A stretch of 64,000 nucleotides of DNA, taken from positions 1-64,000 of IMG/VR virus record IMGVR_UViG_2595698882_000001; one strand, given 5' to 3'. The stretch comes from a virus. Lineage: Duplodnaviria > Caudoviricetes. The notes beneath the pieces were generated by a model. The model was not told the origin of the DNA. It did no database searches and was given only the letters and a program-made list of their open reading frames with translations. Of the stretch, positions 7,634 through 16,660 are shown piece by piece; within the stretch, counting starts at the first letter, position 1; each line of letters starts with the position of its first letter. A program made the position numbers and the translations under genes.

Positions 7634-8072
7634 CGGTGCCCCCCTTCGTACTAATAAAGAAATGGGTAACATTACTAAGATTAACGACTAAGCTGTCTCC
7701 GTTAGGGAGAGTAGGCAGCTCGAAAAAAGGTTCTCCGATCTCATATGCAAATTTGAGAGCCTCATATTCCTTATAAGCCCCGGAGCTACTGAATGTGATC
7801 TTCTCCCCGTTAGTCAGTACAATAACTAACTTTTCAATGATACGATCCTCTTCAGTAGTCTTAAACGTACCCATTAAGAATCTAATGGTACTTCCAAGTA
7901 AGGTCTCGGAGTCATAGTCGTAATATGTTTTAAACGATCCACATATTGTCTTCCCTCTATCATCCTCTAAAGCTAAATCCCAAGTATATTCGGTCCATGA
8001 CGACCTATCTGATCTACCTGTATACTCTGCAAAAACTACATTATAGTTTGCACCTTCTCTAGCTCTCGACAT
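7626..8072 (-). CDS. hypothetical protein
   Basis: GGAGGG RBS. Confidence 0.8.
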   Translation of the reverse strand: MSRAREGANYNVVFAEYTGRSDRSSWTEYTWDLALEDDRGKTICGSFKTYYDYDSETLLGSTIRFLMGTFKTTEEDRIIEKLVIVLTNGEKITFSSSGAYKEYEALKFAYEIGEPFFELPTLPNGDSLVVNLSNVTHFFISTKGGTDA

Positions 8073-8119
8073 TTATCCTGTCCCTCCAGTACGTTAGTAT
8101 TTTTGCAAGTAGTTCTAAC

Positions 8120-8620
8120 TCACTCATCTTCTTCCTCGTATGGATCATCTTTTGATGGGTGGTACAGATTGATCTTATTGCCATTCCAATTTAATATCTT
8201 AACCCCTTCTCTGTCTATAATAATATCTGATAGCTGGTGGCTGCGCTGCAATATAATATTGTCTTTTGCCTGCTGGAGGGAGTCGATCTTATCAGCTATC
8301 GCTTTCTCATTAGGAAACTCTTTTAAGAGTTCTCCCCAGATAGCTATTAGTCGGTCGATCTCGTCTAAAACGTCCATCTTAACTTCGTATCTTCCTCCCA
8401 TAGCTACCCACAAAATTTCTTCTTCTTTTAGGTCTCCTAACCCATACTCATTATCATAAATATGTTCATCGTGTATTAAATCTGCAAGGAGCCGAATACT
8501 ATCAACACCGCTTAATAGTACGTTAATGCCTTCAACTTGCTTTGGTGTTAGATACACCTTCCCTCGTACTGGTGTAAAGTACGGTTTAATCTCTTCCATC
8601 GCTGCCTTCTCCTCTCTCAT
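8120..8620 (-). CDS. hypothetical protein
   Basis: Operon packing. Confidence 0.8.
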   Translation of the reverse strand: MREEKAAMEEIKPYFTPVRGKVYLTPKQVEGINVLLSGVDSIRLLADLIHDEHIYDNEYGLGDLKEEEILWVAMGGRYEVKMDVLDEIDRLIAIWGELLKEFPNEKAIADKIDSLQQAKDNIILQRSHQLSDIIIDREGVKILNWNGNKINLYHPSKDDPYEEEDE

Positions 8621-8790
8621 TTACTTTGCTTACCTGCTTCAAAAGCCTCTTTAACCATGTCCATTACCCTAGATACTTCAATCTCATAACCGTTAAGCAG
8701 GTAGCCTAACAGTTCCCCCATTAGACCTTGTATTTCTTGAGGGTACTTGCTTACAATTCTATCATAGTCTTCACTACTTAATGTTTTCAT
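8617..8790 (-). CDS. hypothetical protein
   Basis: Start at MKTLS after the AAAGGGG RBS. Confidence 0.65.
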   Translation of the reverse strand: MKTLSSEDYDRIVSKYPQEIQGLMGELLGYLLNGYEIEVSRVMDMVKEAFEAGKQSK

Positions 8791-8809
8791 TCTGTTTTCC
8801 CCTTTCATC

Positions 8810-9226
8810 CTATAAGATTGTTGCGAGGATAAACCCCATAAAAACGGCACATATCGCTAAGGATAATAACGTATACATTATATACAGCTTAATGTCTTTT
8901 CTGTGCTTCACCCAAAACATTCTCCAGTCAAACTTTTCCCAACTCACCGTTAGTTCCACCTCGGATGAGTAGTCTTTCTCTTTAACTCTATATCCTTCTT
9001 TTCTAAGAGCTGCTTTCGCTTTTTTCAGCTCTTTCAAATCCAGATACTTATGAGGAATATCAAATTTCACATGAGAACTTTTGTATGAAGAACCTTGAAT
9101 CCCGGTAGAACCTATCATCTTCATCACTTCATCAAAGATATACTCTTTAGTGTACTTTTTCCCATGCATTTCTTCCTGACGTTTTCTTACAGCATCTGCT
9201 GAATATTTGAATTTCATTTTAAACAA
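8810..9226 (-). CDS. C-terminally anchored membrane protein (paralog of the next gene)
   Basis: TTG start, AGGAGG RBS, C-terminal TM helix. Confidence 0.8.
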   Translation of the reverse strand: MFKMKFKYSADAVRKRQEEMHGKKYTKEYIFDEVMKMIGSTGIQGSSYKSSHVKFDIPHKYLDLKELKKAKAALRKEGYRVKEKDYSSEVELTVSWEKFDWRMFWVKHRKDIKLYIMYTLLSLAICAVFMGFILATIL

Positions 9227-9240
9227 CCCTCCTAGTTAAA

Positions 9241-9651
9241 CTACTGGCTCATAAAGGCAAAAAACAGTACAAAGATAAACATTGCTATCACGAAAATTCC
9301 GCACCCGTAAGGTAACAGTACCTCGGAGCGCTGGTACCACTTTCGACCGTCTCCCCAAGAAACCGCTAAGGACATATCAGAGCTATCTCCGTTATAGTGA
9401 ATAAATGTCTCATACCCTAGATTACGAAGCTCCTTAAGGGCTTCATTAAACTCCTCCCTGTTCACAAACTTCTTCTCAAAGGAAATCGTTACTTCAGTTG
9501 TTTCCCCTATAGCATCGACAATAGCTCCGCTGACTGTTTCTAGGATGTCACCCTTTGTATAATACTTCCAATACTTATTATGCGCGTGCCTAACTGCCTC
9601 CGCAGTAGGTATAGTTGGTTCTAATCCTTTATTGTCCTGACTCTTACTCAT
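9241..9651 (-). CDS. C-terminally anchored membrane protein
   Basis: Shares AxAVR...YTK...LR..GY...L.VSW and a TM helix with 8810..9226. Confidence 0.8.
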   Translation of the reverse strand: MSKSQDNKGLEPTIPTAEAVRHAHNKYWKYYTKGDILETVSGAIVDAIGETTEVTISFEKKFVNREEFNEALKELRNLGYETFIHYNGDSSDMSLAVSWGDGRKWYQRSEVLLPYGCGIFVIAMFIFVLFFAFMSQ

Positions 9652-10226
9652 TATTCTACCTCCTTACAGTAGCTCCTGTTACTCCAGTAGGCTTCCTCCA
9701 TAAAGGAAGGACCAACTGTTGTGACACGTTTTACTGACTTTTCTAGCAGCTGCTTACCATACTTACCTAGAACGTCACCAGCCTTCTCAGCTAAGGAGTG
9801 GTGTGCATATAGGACTACATAGTGATCTTCTTTACCGGAGATACCTGATAAGTCTCCTATGATTGCTCCTTGGGCTATTCCCTCTGCAATGTCAATTCCG
9901 ATGTACATTAGAACCCTGTGCATAGGGATACTTGAGAAGGCGCCGATAAGCTGCTCTAAAGATGGTAGTCTGAGTCTTTCATCCTCCGCCAAGATATACA
10001 ACAAATGCTTGCGAGCCTCTTGATCTTTACGTTTGATCAAGCTGTCAATGTCCCCGTTATACATAGATAATTCGAGCATAGATACCGCTACACTAACTTG
10101 AAAACCAGAGGGTCCATGTTGGTTCTCAGGACCTTTGAATGTTTTGACTAATTGCCCCTCATAGAGCTCTCGGTATCCTACACTCTTGAGTTTTTCGACT
10201 GCCTCTAAAATCCCTTCTTGATCCAT
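9651..10226 (-). CDS. hypothetical protein
   Basis: Start at MDQEG after the GAGGAG RBS. Confidence 0.75.
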   Translation of the reverse strand: MDQEGILEAVEKLKSVGYRELYEGQLVKTFKGPENQHGPSGFQVSVAVSMLELSMYNGDIDSLIKRKDQEARKHLLYILAEDERLRLPSLEQLIGAFSSIPMHRVLMYIGIDIAEGIAQGAIIGDLSGISGKEDHYVVLYAHHSLAEKAGDVLGKYGKQLLEKSVKRVTTVGPSFMEEAYWSNRSYCKEVE

Positions 10227-10230
10227 TATT

Positions 10231-10500
10231 CTATCTCCTCTCCTCGAAGTATCCGAGATATTCCCGGTACTCTTTTTCAACCTCTTCGGTCCAGTCCTCT
10301 ACAAAATCGAATAGCTCGATATCGCACTCAACCATGTATCTCTCTAGCAACCAGATTGCCTTAACCCAGTTCTTTCCGTTGATAGAGATAGGCTCACCTT
10401 CCCCTACCCATAAATCTTCATCCCACACATCATAAGGAATACCGTATACCCGTCTGTCATTTTTAATCAACTCCCTGTACTCTACTCCTACTTTTTTCAT
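10231..10500 (-). CDS. hypothetical protein
   Basis: Coupled ORF. Confidence 0.75.
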   Translation of the reverse strand: MKKVGVEYRELIKNDRRVYGIPYDVWDEDLWVGEGEPISINGKNWVKAIWLLERYMVECDIELFDFVEDWTEEVEKEYREYLGYFEERR

Positions 10501-10862
10501 TCTTCTCCCTGCTCTCCTCCGGCGATGTCTCCGACAATAGTGTCACTGCTGGATACTTTACGTAATCTTTTAAGGGTGAATACATGCTCCATATCTTTCA
10601 CCATCTGCTTAAAGAACTCTAAGTCCTCTTCGGTTGCTGTAAACAAAACTTCCTCTGTGCGATCCTCTAAGTGATTGAAAGCCTGTATCTCTATCGTAAT
10701 GTCTCCCTCTTCAAAGTCAACCTGATAATCTAAGGCGGTACCGTCTTTATCATAAATAGCATCAGAAGTACCGAATTTGTGAGTATTGCCTACCTCATCT
10801 ACATACTGAGTGAGTATGAGGTGGGAGAATAATCCTCTCTTCTTATTCCCCATCTTCATCAA
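10497..10862 (-). CDS. hypothetical protein
   Basis: Coupled ORF; LEFFKQMVKD resembles a segment of 4985..5245. Confidence 0.75.
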   Translation of the reverse strand: MMKMGNKKRGLFSHLILTQYVDEVGNTHKFGTSDAIYDKDGTALDYQVDFEEGDITIEIQAFNHLEDRTEEVLFTATEEDLEFFKQMVKDMEHVFTLKRLRKVSSSDTIVGDIAGGEQGEE

Positions 10863-11184
10863 CCTCCTCTAGAGATGCCATAACTGGTTTCATGGTCTTC
10901 CACGCTTCAATAGCTGCTTTATATAACGTTGTGTACGTAACGTGTTTATAAATTTCTTTTTGAAACTCTCTATCCATATGCTGCCTCTCCTCGAACGAGT
11001 ATGCAATCTTATCCCCAATCTCTTCCTTGATACGTTTTTGGAAGTTCTTTTTGACTGATAAATCTTTTCCATCCTCCTGTTCGATCACAAGGTCGGATAC
11101 ATTCCACTGGGTACCGTCTATTGTGAATACTGCGTACATAGTAGGCTTATTCTCTTCCTCAATTTTCATCCAGATTTTGTTCAT
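10843..11184 (-). CDS. hypothetical protein
   Basis: Start at MNKIW after the AGGAGG RBS. Confidence 0.7.
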   Translation of the reverse strand: MNKIWMKIEEENKPTMYAVFTIDGTQWNVSDLVIEQEDGKDLSVKKNFQKRIKEEIGDKIAYSFEERQHMDREFQKEIYKHVTYTTLYKAAIEAWKTMKPVMASLEEVDEDGE

Positions 11185-11509
11185 ACTCTTCTTCCTCCTG
11201 CTCCCAGATTTCTGTCGCTCTCTTGACCCACTTATCAAATTCTTCTTCATCCAAATACTCTTTCTGTCTCTCCATGAATGTATCCGCTATCCCTAAAAGT
11301 AAATCCAAATTAGGTTCAAAGTCTTCGGATTCAATCATCTCAGATATACCAAACTTTTTATCTATTCTATCAGCACACTCTTCACAGATGTAAACTTCAT
11401 TAAATGTTACTTTCTCGATATCTGACCAGTTGATGGCCATAGGTACGACCATACAGTTCTCTTTACACTCGCTATTACACGTATCACAAACCACTTTGTT
11501 GTCTTCCAT
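11159..11509 (-). CDS. acidic Cys-rich (zinc-binding) hypothetical protein
   Basis: CDTC...CEEC; first gene after a promoter (TTGTCT...TATAAT at ~11563-11591, minus strand). Confidence 0.8.
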   Translation of the reverse strand: MEDNKVVCDTCNSECKENCMVVPMAINWSDIEKVTFNEVYICEECADRIDKKFGISEMIESEDFEPNLDLLLGIADTFMERQKEYLDEEEFDKWVKRATEIWEQEEEEYEQNLDEN

Positions 11510-11602
11510 GTTACAGCTCCCCTTTGTTTTGTTAGTCTCTAACTATACTGTATGATACTCACATTATACACGGTATGACACAGGAAGACAAGCCCTATTT
11601 AT

Positions 11603-11637
11603 AAAAAAAAAGACAGCTCATTGGCTGTCTTTTTTCT
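11603..11637. terminator. bidirectional intrinsic terminator
   Basis: A-run, AGACAGC/GCTGTCT stem, T-run. Confidence 0.75.
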
Positions 11638-11779
11638 CTTCTTCTAGTTTACTCTTGATGCGGGCTAAGTCCTCTCTTAACTTTTGAGCTTTAAATGCAT
11701 ACTTCTTAAGCTCCGCTTCATTTGCCTCCCGGGTTAAGTGCGGAGGGGTGGACCCGATGTAAACCCAGTCCTTAGCCAT
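11618..11779 (-). CDS. 53-aa hypothetical protein (not in ORF track)
   Basis: ATG overlaps the end of pghP; MAKDWVYIGSTPP... Confidence 0.55.
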   Translation of the reverse strand: MAKDWVYIGSTPPHLTREANEAELKKYAFKAQKLREDLARIKSKLEEEKKDSQ

Positions 11780-12398
11780 AATACTCTGCCTCTGCTTCTT
11801 TAATAGCCTCTGCGTAGTCTAAGAACTCCTGAGTGACATTCCCTCTGTTAGCTTTAGACCAGTCGTTATTCTGGAAGAAAGCCCTACGCTGTGCAGAGCT
11901 GATCTCTAACTGAACTCCTTTACCGGAAGCGCAGCGGTTTACAATGTTATCCGGGTTAGTAGCTGTAAAGCGGTCTGTAGCTACTTCAGCAGCAATCCCT
12001 TTAGAGTTGAGTTTGCTGACAATGAGGTTTCTAAGCTCTGTATTCAGTCCGCCCACCAGCGTGTTCTTGTTGTAGTCATCCTTGTACCCATGGAATGATA
12101 CGGCGTCTGTATGCTTAGAAAGCATATACACTGCCATAGGTTCATCGAAATGCGTACTTGTGACGTGTAATCGACTGTTTCCACTTGGCAGCAGCCCTTG
12201 GAACAAGTATAGGCTTCCCCCGGTCAATTCAACGACTCGGTAGATAAGCTCTGTAGTACCTACTTCAATTCCTCCAGCATGCGGTGAAAAATAGATCATA
12301 TTAGGATTTTGGCGCTTAACCTCGATATTGTACGCTACTCCGACAGTTTCTGCGTTCTCTAGTGCTTCAATATTTGGATATGTGTCTGTTTGTGCCAT
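11772..12398 (-). CDS. pghP: poly-gamma-glutamate hydrolase
   Basis: PHAGGIEVGT, HVTSTHFDEP, SFHG and QLEIS motifs; 208 aa from MAQTDTY, matching phiNIT1 PghP as recalled. Confidence 0.93.
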   Translation of the reverse strand: MAQTDTYPNIEALENAETVGVAYNIEVKRQNPNMIYFSPHAGGIEVGTTELIYRVVELTGGSLYLFQGLLPSGNSRLHVTSTHFDEPMAVYMLSKHTDAVSFHGYKDDYNKNTLVGGLNTELRNLIVSKLNSKGIAAEVATDRFTATNPDNIVNRCASGKGVQLEISSAQRRAFFQNNDWSKANRGNVTQEFLDYAEAIKEAEAEYYG

Positions 12399-12413
12399 GC
12401 TATCTGCCTCCAA

Positions 12414-14177
12414 TTAGTCTAATTTTGTGTTGTAGTTTTCAGTGTCTGCTTGACCAAGGTTGATCTTTCCGATGTAAGTGTTATACGCATACTTTGTATA
12501 TGTTGATCCTGTGGAGTCGTAAGAAGCATGCAGAGTGCAGCCGTCCATTGTACGGACATCATTGCTGATTAATCTAGCTTGTGTGGTGTTTACTAACTGA
12601 ACTCCGTATCCTCCGTTAGCTCCTCTTCTGAACATGATGTCATTACCTTTAAGCATGTGGTGTGCCCCGCCATTCAAGTAGATAGCGATTAGGTACTTGC
12701 AGTCTTCTAAGATGTTATAGGAGATAATAGTGGAGTAAGCGTCTGCGTAGCCGGAAATAGCAGCTGCTACAGCACCACTTATCCAGTTGGATTTAATCAA
12801 CTTAACTTGTGAAGTCTTGTCCCAGCTAATACCGTTACCATTACCAATAAGAGTTAAATCATTGTCTTTGATACGTACATTTGTTGACCGGGCAACCTGA
12901 ATACCGCCTTTGGCTACATGCTTGTTATCATTGACAACTACATCACTGGAGTCCTCTACTTTGATTCCGTAGTAATTTTCAGCGTCTTTACCTTTGTTGT
13001 TGCCCACCTGAACATCCACAGAGTTACGGACCCACACATGCAGGCAGTCACTGTTAATCGTATTATTAGCTACCATAACATCTTCGGAAAGGTAAGGGTT
13101 GATCCCCACGGAGCTAATATCCTCAAGATAGTTTTGGCTGACAATAACACCTACACCTCGGGCACAAATACCTGTAGCAAATCCTCTAATCTGGTTACCT
13201 GTGATGATTGTACGGTTACCAGTTTCGGAGGAGGACTTACGGATGGAGTCTATACCGTATGGTTTGTCTATCCCTGTCTCGTTAGTGATCGTGTTATTGC
13301 TGATCGTACTATCTGTCGAGAACCCGTAGCTGAACACGTCATCGGAGAAGTTATTAGTAGCATGAACTTTACCTGTAACGTTGATGTTTAAGGCACCTTT
13401 ACCATTTCTTTTGAAGCGGCAGTTCGTGATGTTGATTTCATAAGGATGGTCGTACTTAATGCTGTTTTCAGCGAATCCCTCCAAGTCGATACCGAATGCG
13501 GGTCCGATAGTGTCTCCGCCAGCTTCGATGAAATCACAGTCATCAACATTCATGCCAAGGCAGCCGTTCGTGGCTAGGTTATTACGTCTTCCTCGAATCA
13601 GTATGCATTTACGTATAGTGATCCCCTCAGATGGTATGTAGGTGCTGCCCTCCCAGTTCATCATACCTTTGGCAGGCACCCAGATGTTGTCACCTGTGCA
13701 GTTCATGACAGTTGCGTTCTCTACTGTGATGTTACGGCAGCCTCTGATATGGATTCCGTGACCCCACTCATGAGTTTTACGATTATCTGGTACTCCATCT
13801 GTAACGTAGTCATGCTCGTAGCGGTCCCCGATGATCGTTCCTCCTCGAAGAGTCACATTTTCCACATTTTCAAGATTGAAACAGGCGTACCCTGTTGAAC
13901 TATTTGGCGCTACCATAAACAGCGCTCTCTCATGAAAGATTACCTCGATGTTTGATGGGAACATTAAGCCACCACCGTACTCTGGAAGGCTACCTACAGT
14001 GCTTACAGCGTCAATAAGGTAAAGACCCTCTGGAACGTATACTGTGTGATATCCGAGCTCTACAGCCTCTTTAAGTGCAGCAATCCACCCGTCAGTGGTT
14101 GCTCTAGCCTCTGTCCCATCAGACCTGATTCCGAATTTCTCAAAGTCAACAAAGTACATATAGTTCGAGTTCGACAA
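12414..14177 (-). CDS. right-handed beta-helix (pectin-lyase-like) polysaccharide depolymerase
   Basis: FGIRSDG...VYVPEGLY N-terminus and many Asn/Gly parallel beta-helix repeats; TTG start after AAAGGAG. Confidence 0.8.
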   Translation of the reverse strand: MSNSNYMYFVDFEKFGIRSDGTEARATTDGWIAALKEAVELGYHTVYVPEGLYLIDAVSTVGSLPEYGGGLMFPSNIEVIFHERALFMVAPNSSTGYACFNLENVENVTLRGGTIIGDRYEHDYVTDGVPDNRKTHEWGHGIHIRGCRNITVENATVMNCTGDNIWVPAKGMMNWEGSTYIPSEGITIRKCILIRGRRNNLATNGCLGMNVDDCDFIEAGGDTIGPAFGIDLEGFAENSIKYDHPYEINITNCRFKRNGKGALNINVTGKVHATNNFSDDVFSYGFSTDSTISNNTITNETGIDKPYGIDSIRKSSSETGNRTIITGNQIRGFATGICARGVGVIVSQNYLEDISSVGINPYLSEDVMVANNTINSDCLHVWVRNSVDVQVGNNKGKDAENYYGIKVEDSSDVVVNDNKHVAKGGIQVARSTNVRIKDNDLTLIGNGNGISWDKTSQVKLIKSNWISGAVAAAISGYADAYSTIISYNILEDCKYLIAIYLNGGAHHMLKGNDIMFRRGANGGYGVQLVNTTQARLISNDVRTMDGCTLHASYDSTGSTYTKYAYNTYIGKINLGQADTENYNTKLD

Positions 14178-14234
14178 TAAAAGCACTCCTTTTGGTGTTT
14201 TTAGACACCTACAGGGAAAACCGATAAAACCCTC

Positions 14235-14405
14235 CTAGACTTTCTCTGTTGAGAATGCCACAGTAGTTGTCATGATGACGTTAAAGTTCTCGTTACAAGA
14301 ATCGCAGGGCATCACGAACTCAGCTTCCATGTCGGTAGGATCAACATATTCCCACCAGTCGTGGTAGTGGTAGTTACAGTGCGGACAGCAAAATCCCTCC
14401 TGCAT
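14235..14405 (-). CDS. 56-aa zinc-finger protein (not in ORF track)
   Basis: CPHC...CDSC; RBS GAGG; late-type TATATTA motif upstream. Confidence 0.7.
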   Translation of the reverse strand: MQEGFCCPHCNYHYHDWWEYVDPTDMEAEFVMPCDSCNENFNVIMTTTVAFSTEKV

Positions 14406-14445
14406 ACCTCATACCCCTCCCTTCCATAATATAGAAGATAATCCC

Positions 14446-15261
14446 TTAGTAAGCGAACCGGACAATCATATCCTTATTTGTCTTTCTGAACAGGTTCCAT
14501 TGAGCATGGCTTCCGCCGTAACCTTTGGTAATCCCATCTCCTAAGACCTCGTGGTTTTCATTCCACCCTTGCTTAACTGCATCGTACAGGTACTGAAGTA
14601 GGGTATCAACGTCCATATTTTTTAACTCCTTAGATGTGTTACCGGAGGGTGCCATTTCAGAAATCCAGTATTTAATCTCCTCAACATTACCATTACATCC
14701 CATGTCGAAGATAGCGTTCATCAATAGCTCCTTCAATTTACGTTCTCTTCGAGTAATTCCGATAAACACTTCTTCTGAAGGTGTTTCGAACTTTTCTAAG
14801 GCAGTCTTTTCCCTAGACTCCTTTTCCACGACATTGATGTCCCAGTCAAACTCAGTAAGCTCATCAGCGTATCTAGCTACCTTAGAGGCAACTTCGTAGT
14901 CAGTTTCAGGGTCTAGCCTACTCTTTCTAGTGATATATCCTTCGTCTTCAGCAACTACAATAAGGCTTCGGTTTTTATCAGTTAAAATTGCAGCAAAGTC
15001 GGGATCAAACCCTTCCTCCATATCATCGTCACTCACGACAGCATCCCCTGCGATAGCTTCCATTAGGTCATCAGGTAGAATAGGTAACGCATACTCTACA
15101 GAGTCCATTGCTGCCTTACTGACCAATACGACTGGAATTTCATCAAAATAGGATGACTCATCTTTGGGTGTCCATTCGAAACTTTTTGGAATCATATACG
15201 CTGGAGTATTTCCCGGGACCCAAACTGCAATAGCATTTTCTACAAAAAATCTTTTCGTCAT
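14446..15261 (-). CDS. YjbA/MdfA-like (DUF3603) protein, putative ClpC adaptor
   Basis: RKSRL, GITRRERKLKELL, EIKYWISE and LYDAVKQGWNENH blocks are colinear with B. subtilis YjbA as recalled. Confidence 0.8.
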   Translation of the reverse strand: MTKRFFVENAIAVWVPGNTPAYMIPKSFEWTPKDESSYFDEIPVVLVSKAAMDSVEYALPILPDDLMEAIAGDAVVSDDDMEEGFDPDFAAILTDKNRSLIVVAEDEGYITRKSRLDPETDYEVASKVARYADELTEFDWDINVVEKESREKTALEKFETPSEEVFIGITRRERKLKELLMNAIFDMGCNGNVEEIKYWISEMAPSGNTSKELKNMDVDTLLQYLYDAVKQGWNENHEVLGDGITKGYGGSHAQWNLFRKTNKDMIVRFAY

Positions 15262-15262
15262 G

Positions 15263-15769
15263 TTAATCTTCCCCCTCTAGTTTTAGCCTCTTTTTATAGA
15301 CACTGAAATTATACTTAATGCCTATATCCTCTGATCCGTCTTGATAGAAATATCGGTTCCAAATACTGCGGTCAAACTCCGGGAAAAATGCGTCAGCCTC
15401 TTCATACGTCTTTTCGACCTGTGTTAGGTATATTCGGTTTGCGTATGGGAAAAACTGGTTGTAGATGGTCTCTCCCCCGATGACCATAATCTCAAGTTCA
15501 TTCCTAAACTCGAAAAATATATCCTCTAGGTTGTGTCTAACAAGAACATCTGGGTGTGGGTCATACTCCCTGTTGTGTGTTAAAACAACATTAACTCTAC
15601 CCTTGAGTGGTTTTCCTATACTTTCGTATGTTTTCCTCCCCATGACCACCACCTTATTTTTAGTCTTTTGTCTAAACCAGTTCATATCCTCTTTGATGTC
15701 CCATAGTAATCTGTTGCCAGCTCCGATCTCTCGATTGAGACCCATGGCTGCGATTAGGGCTACATGCAT
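15263..15769 (-). CDS. dfrA: dihydrofolate reductase
   Basis: IAAM...IG...VVMGRKTYESIG.PL.GR.N.VL, IGGETIY, DAFFP. Confidence 0.95.
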   Translation of the reverse strand: MHVALIAAMGLNREIGAGNRLLWDIKEDMNWFRQKTKNKVVVMGRKTYESIGKPLKGRVNVVLTHNREYDPHPDVLVRHNLEDIFFEFRNELEIMVIGGETIYNQFFPYANRIYLTQVEKTYEEADAFFPEFDRSIWNRYFYQDGSEDIGIKYNFSVYKKRLKLEGED

Positions 15770-15801
15770 GTTGATCACTTCCTGCTGTATCATTTGATAA
15801 T

Positions 15802-15831
15802 AGTATATAACTGGGACTGTAACTATGTCAA
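15802..15831 (-). promoter_or_regulatory. sigmaA-type promoter with AGTTACAG spacer motif
   Basis: TTGACAtagttacag...TATACT. Confidence 0.75.
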
Positions 15832-15892
15832 TAACTTTTTAAAATATTATAAAAAAAAAGCCCCCTAATGGGGCTGTATTGTGTTATGGCAG

Positions 15893-16066
15893 TCACGGTA
15901 AGTGTAATACAAGTAAAGCGCAGCTTAAAATAAACAGAACAAACAACTGTTGCGATGACTGACGGTATATTAATTCTTGTACCGGGTCCTCTTCAATACG
16001 TGCCAAAAGACGATTAGCCAGCCACCCAGATAGGGAGTATATACAACCTATGGCTAGGAGTAACAT
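15893..16066 (-). CDS. 57-aa membrane protein (not in ORF track)
   Basis: GGAGGGG RBS; hydrophobic N- and C-terminal segments. Confidence 0.6.
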   Translation of the reverse strand: MLLLAIGCIYSLSGWLANRLLARIEEDPVQELIYRQSSQQLFVLFILSCALLVLHLP

Positions 16067-16069
16067 GGA

Positions 16070-16660
16070 CTACCCCTCCTTAGTCAGGGTAGCAACGATA
16101 GCATCTAGCTGCTCATATAGCTCTGCTAGTGAACCATTGTTGTTTACTACGAAGTCTACATCAAATTTGTTAACATGACTCTCTGGACCGAACTCTAAAT
16201 CCTCCTCAGTAAACTCATCTCCTGCCTCAATCATACGCTGCCTACGTACTTCTTTTGAAGACTCAATACGTATGGTGAAGAATCCATTCTCCTGACATGC
16301 GATAAACTCATCTTCTTGTCTAAGATCGTCAATGATCGGTCGGAAAACTCTCTCTTCTTCCGGGATAATTCCGTGCCAACTGTAGTTTTCTGCAACTTCT
16401 TCATACCGATTAATTAAGTCAAAGCATTTCTTGATCCAGACATCATTTCCTTCGACATATCTCTTTAACTCCCCATATAGCCTATACCCCTTTACAGGCT
16501 TAGGGTTGGTAAGGATATGAGGATATTCTTTATGGAAACCCTTCTTAAGCTCGGCACCAAAAGAGAAAGGCACCATTTTTAGCTTATCTATGAGATACTT
16601 AGCTGCCGTACTTTTACCTGTCCGTGTCTCCCCACAAATAGCAATTGGTGTAGCTCTCAT
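16070..16660 (-). CDS. deoxynucleoside monophosphate kinase
   Basis: P-loop GETRTGKS, IIDDLRQ.DE, NNGSLAEL. Confidence 0.85.
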   Translation of the reverse strand: MRATPIAICGETRTGKSTAAKYLIDKLKMVPFSFGAELKKGFHKEYPHILTNPKPVKGYRLYGELKRYVEGNDVWIKKCFDLINRYEEVAENYSWHGIIPEEERVFRPIIDDLRQEDEFIACQENGFFTIRIESSKEVRRQRMIEAGDEFTEEDLEFGPESHVNKFDVDFVVNNNGSLAELYEQLDAIVATLTKEG

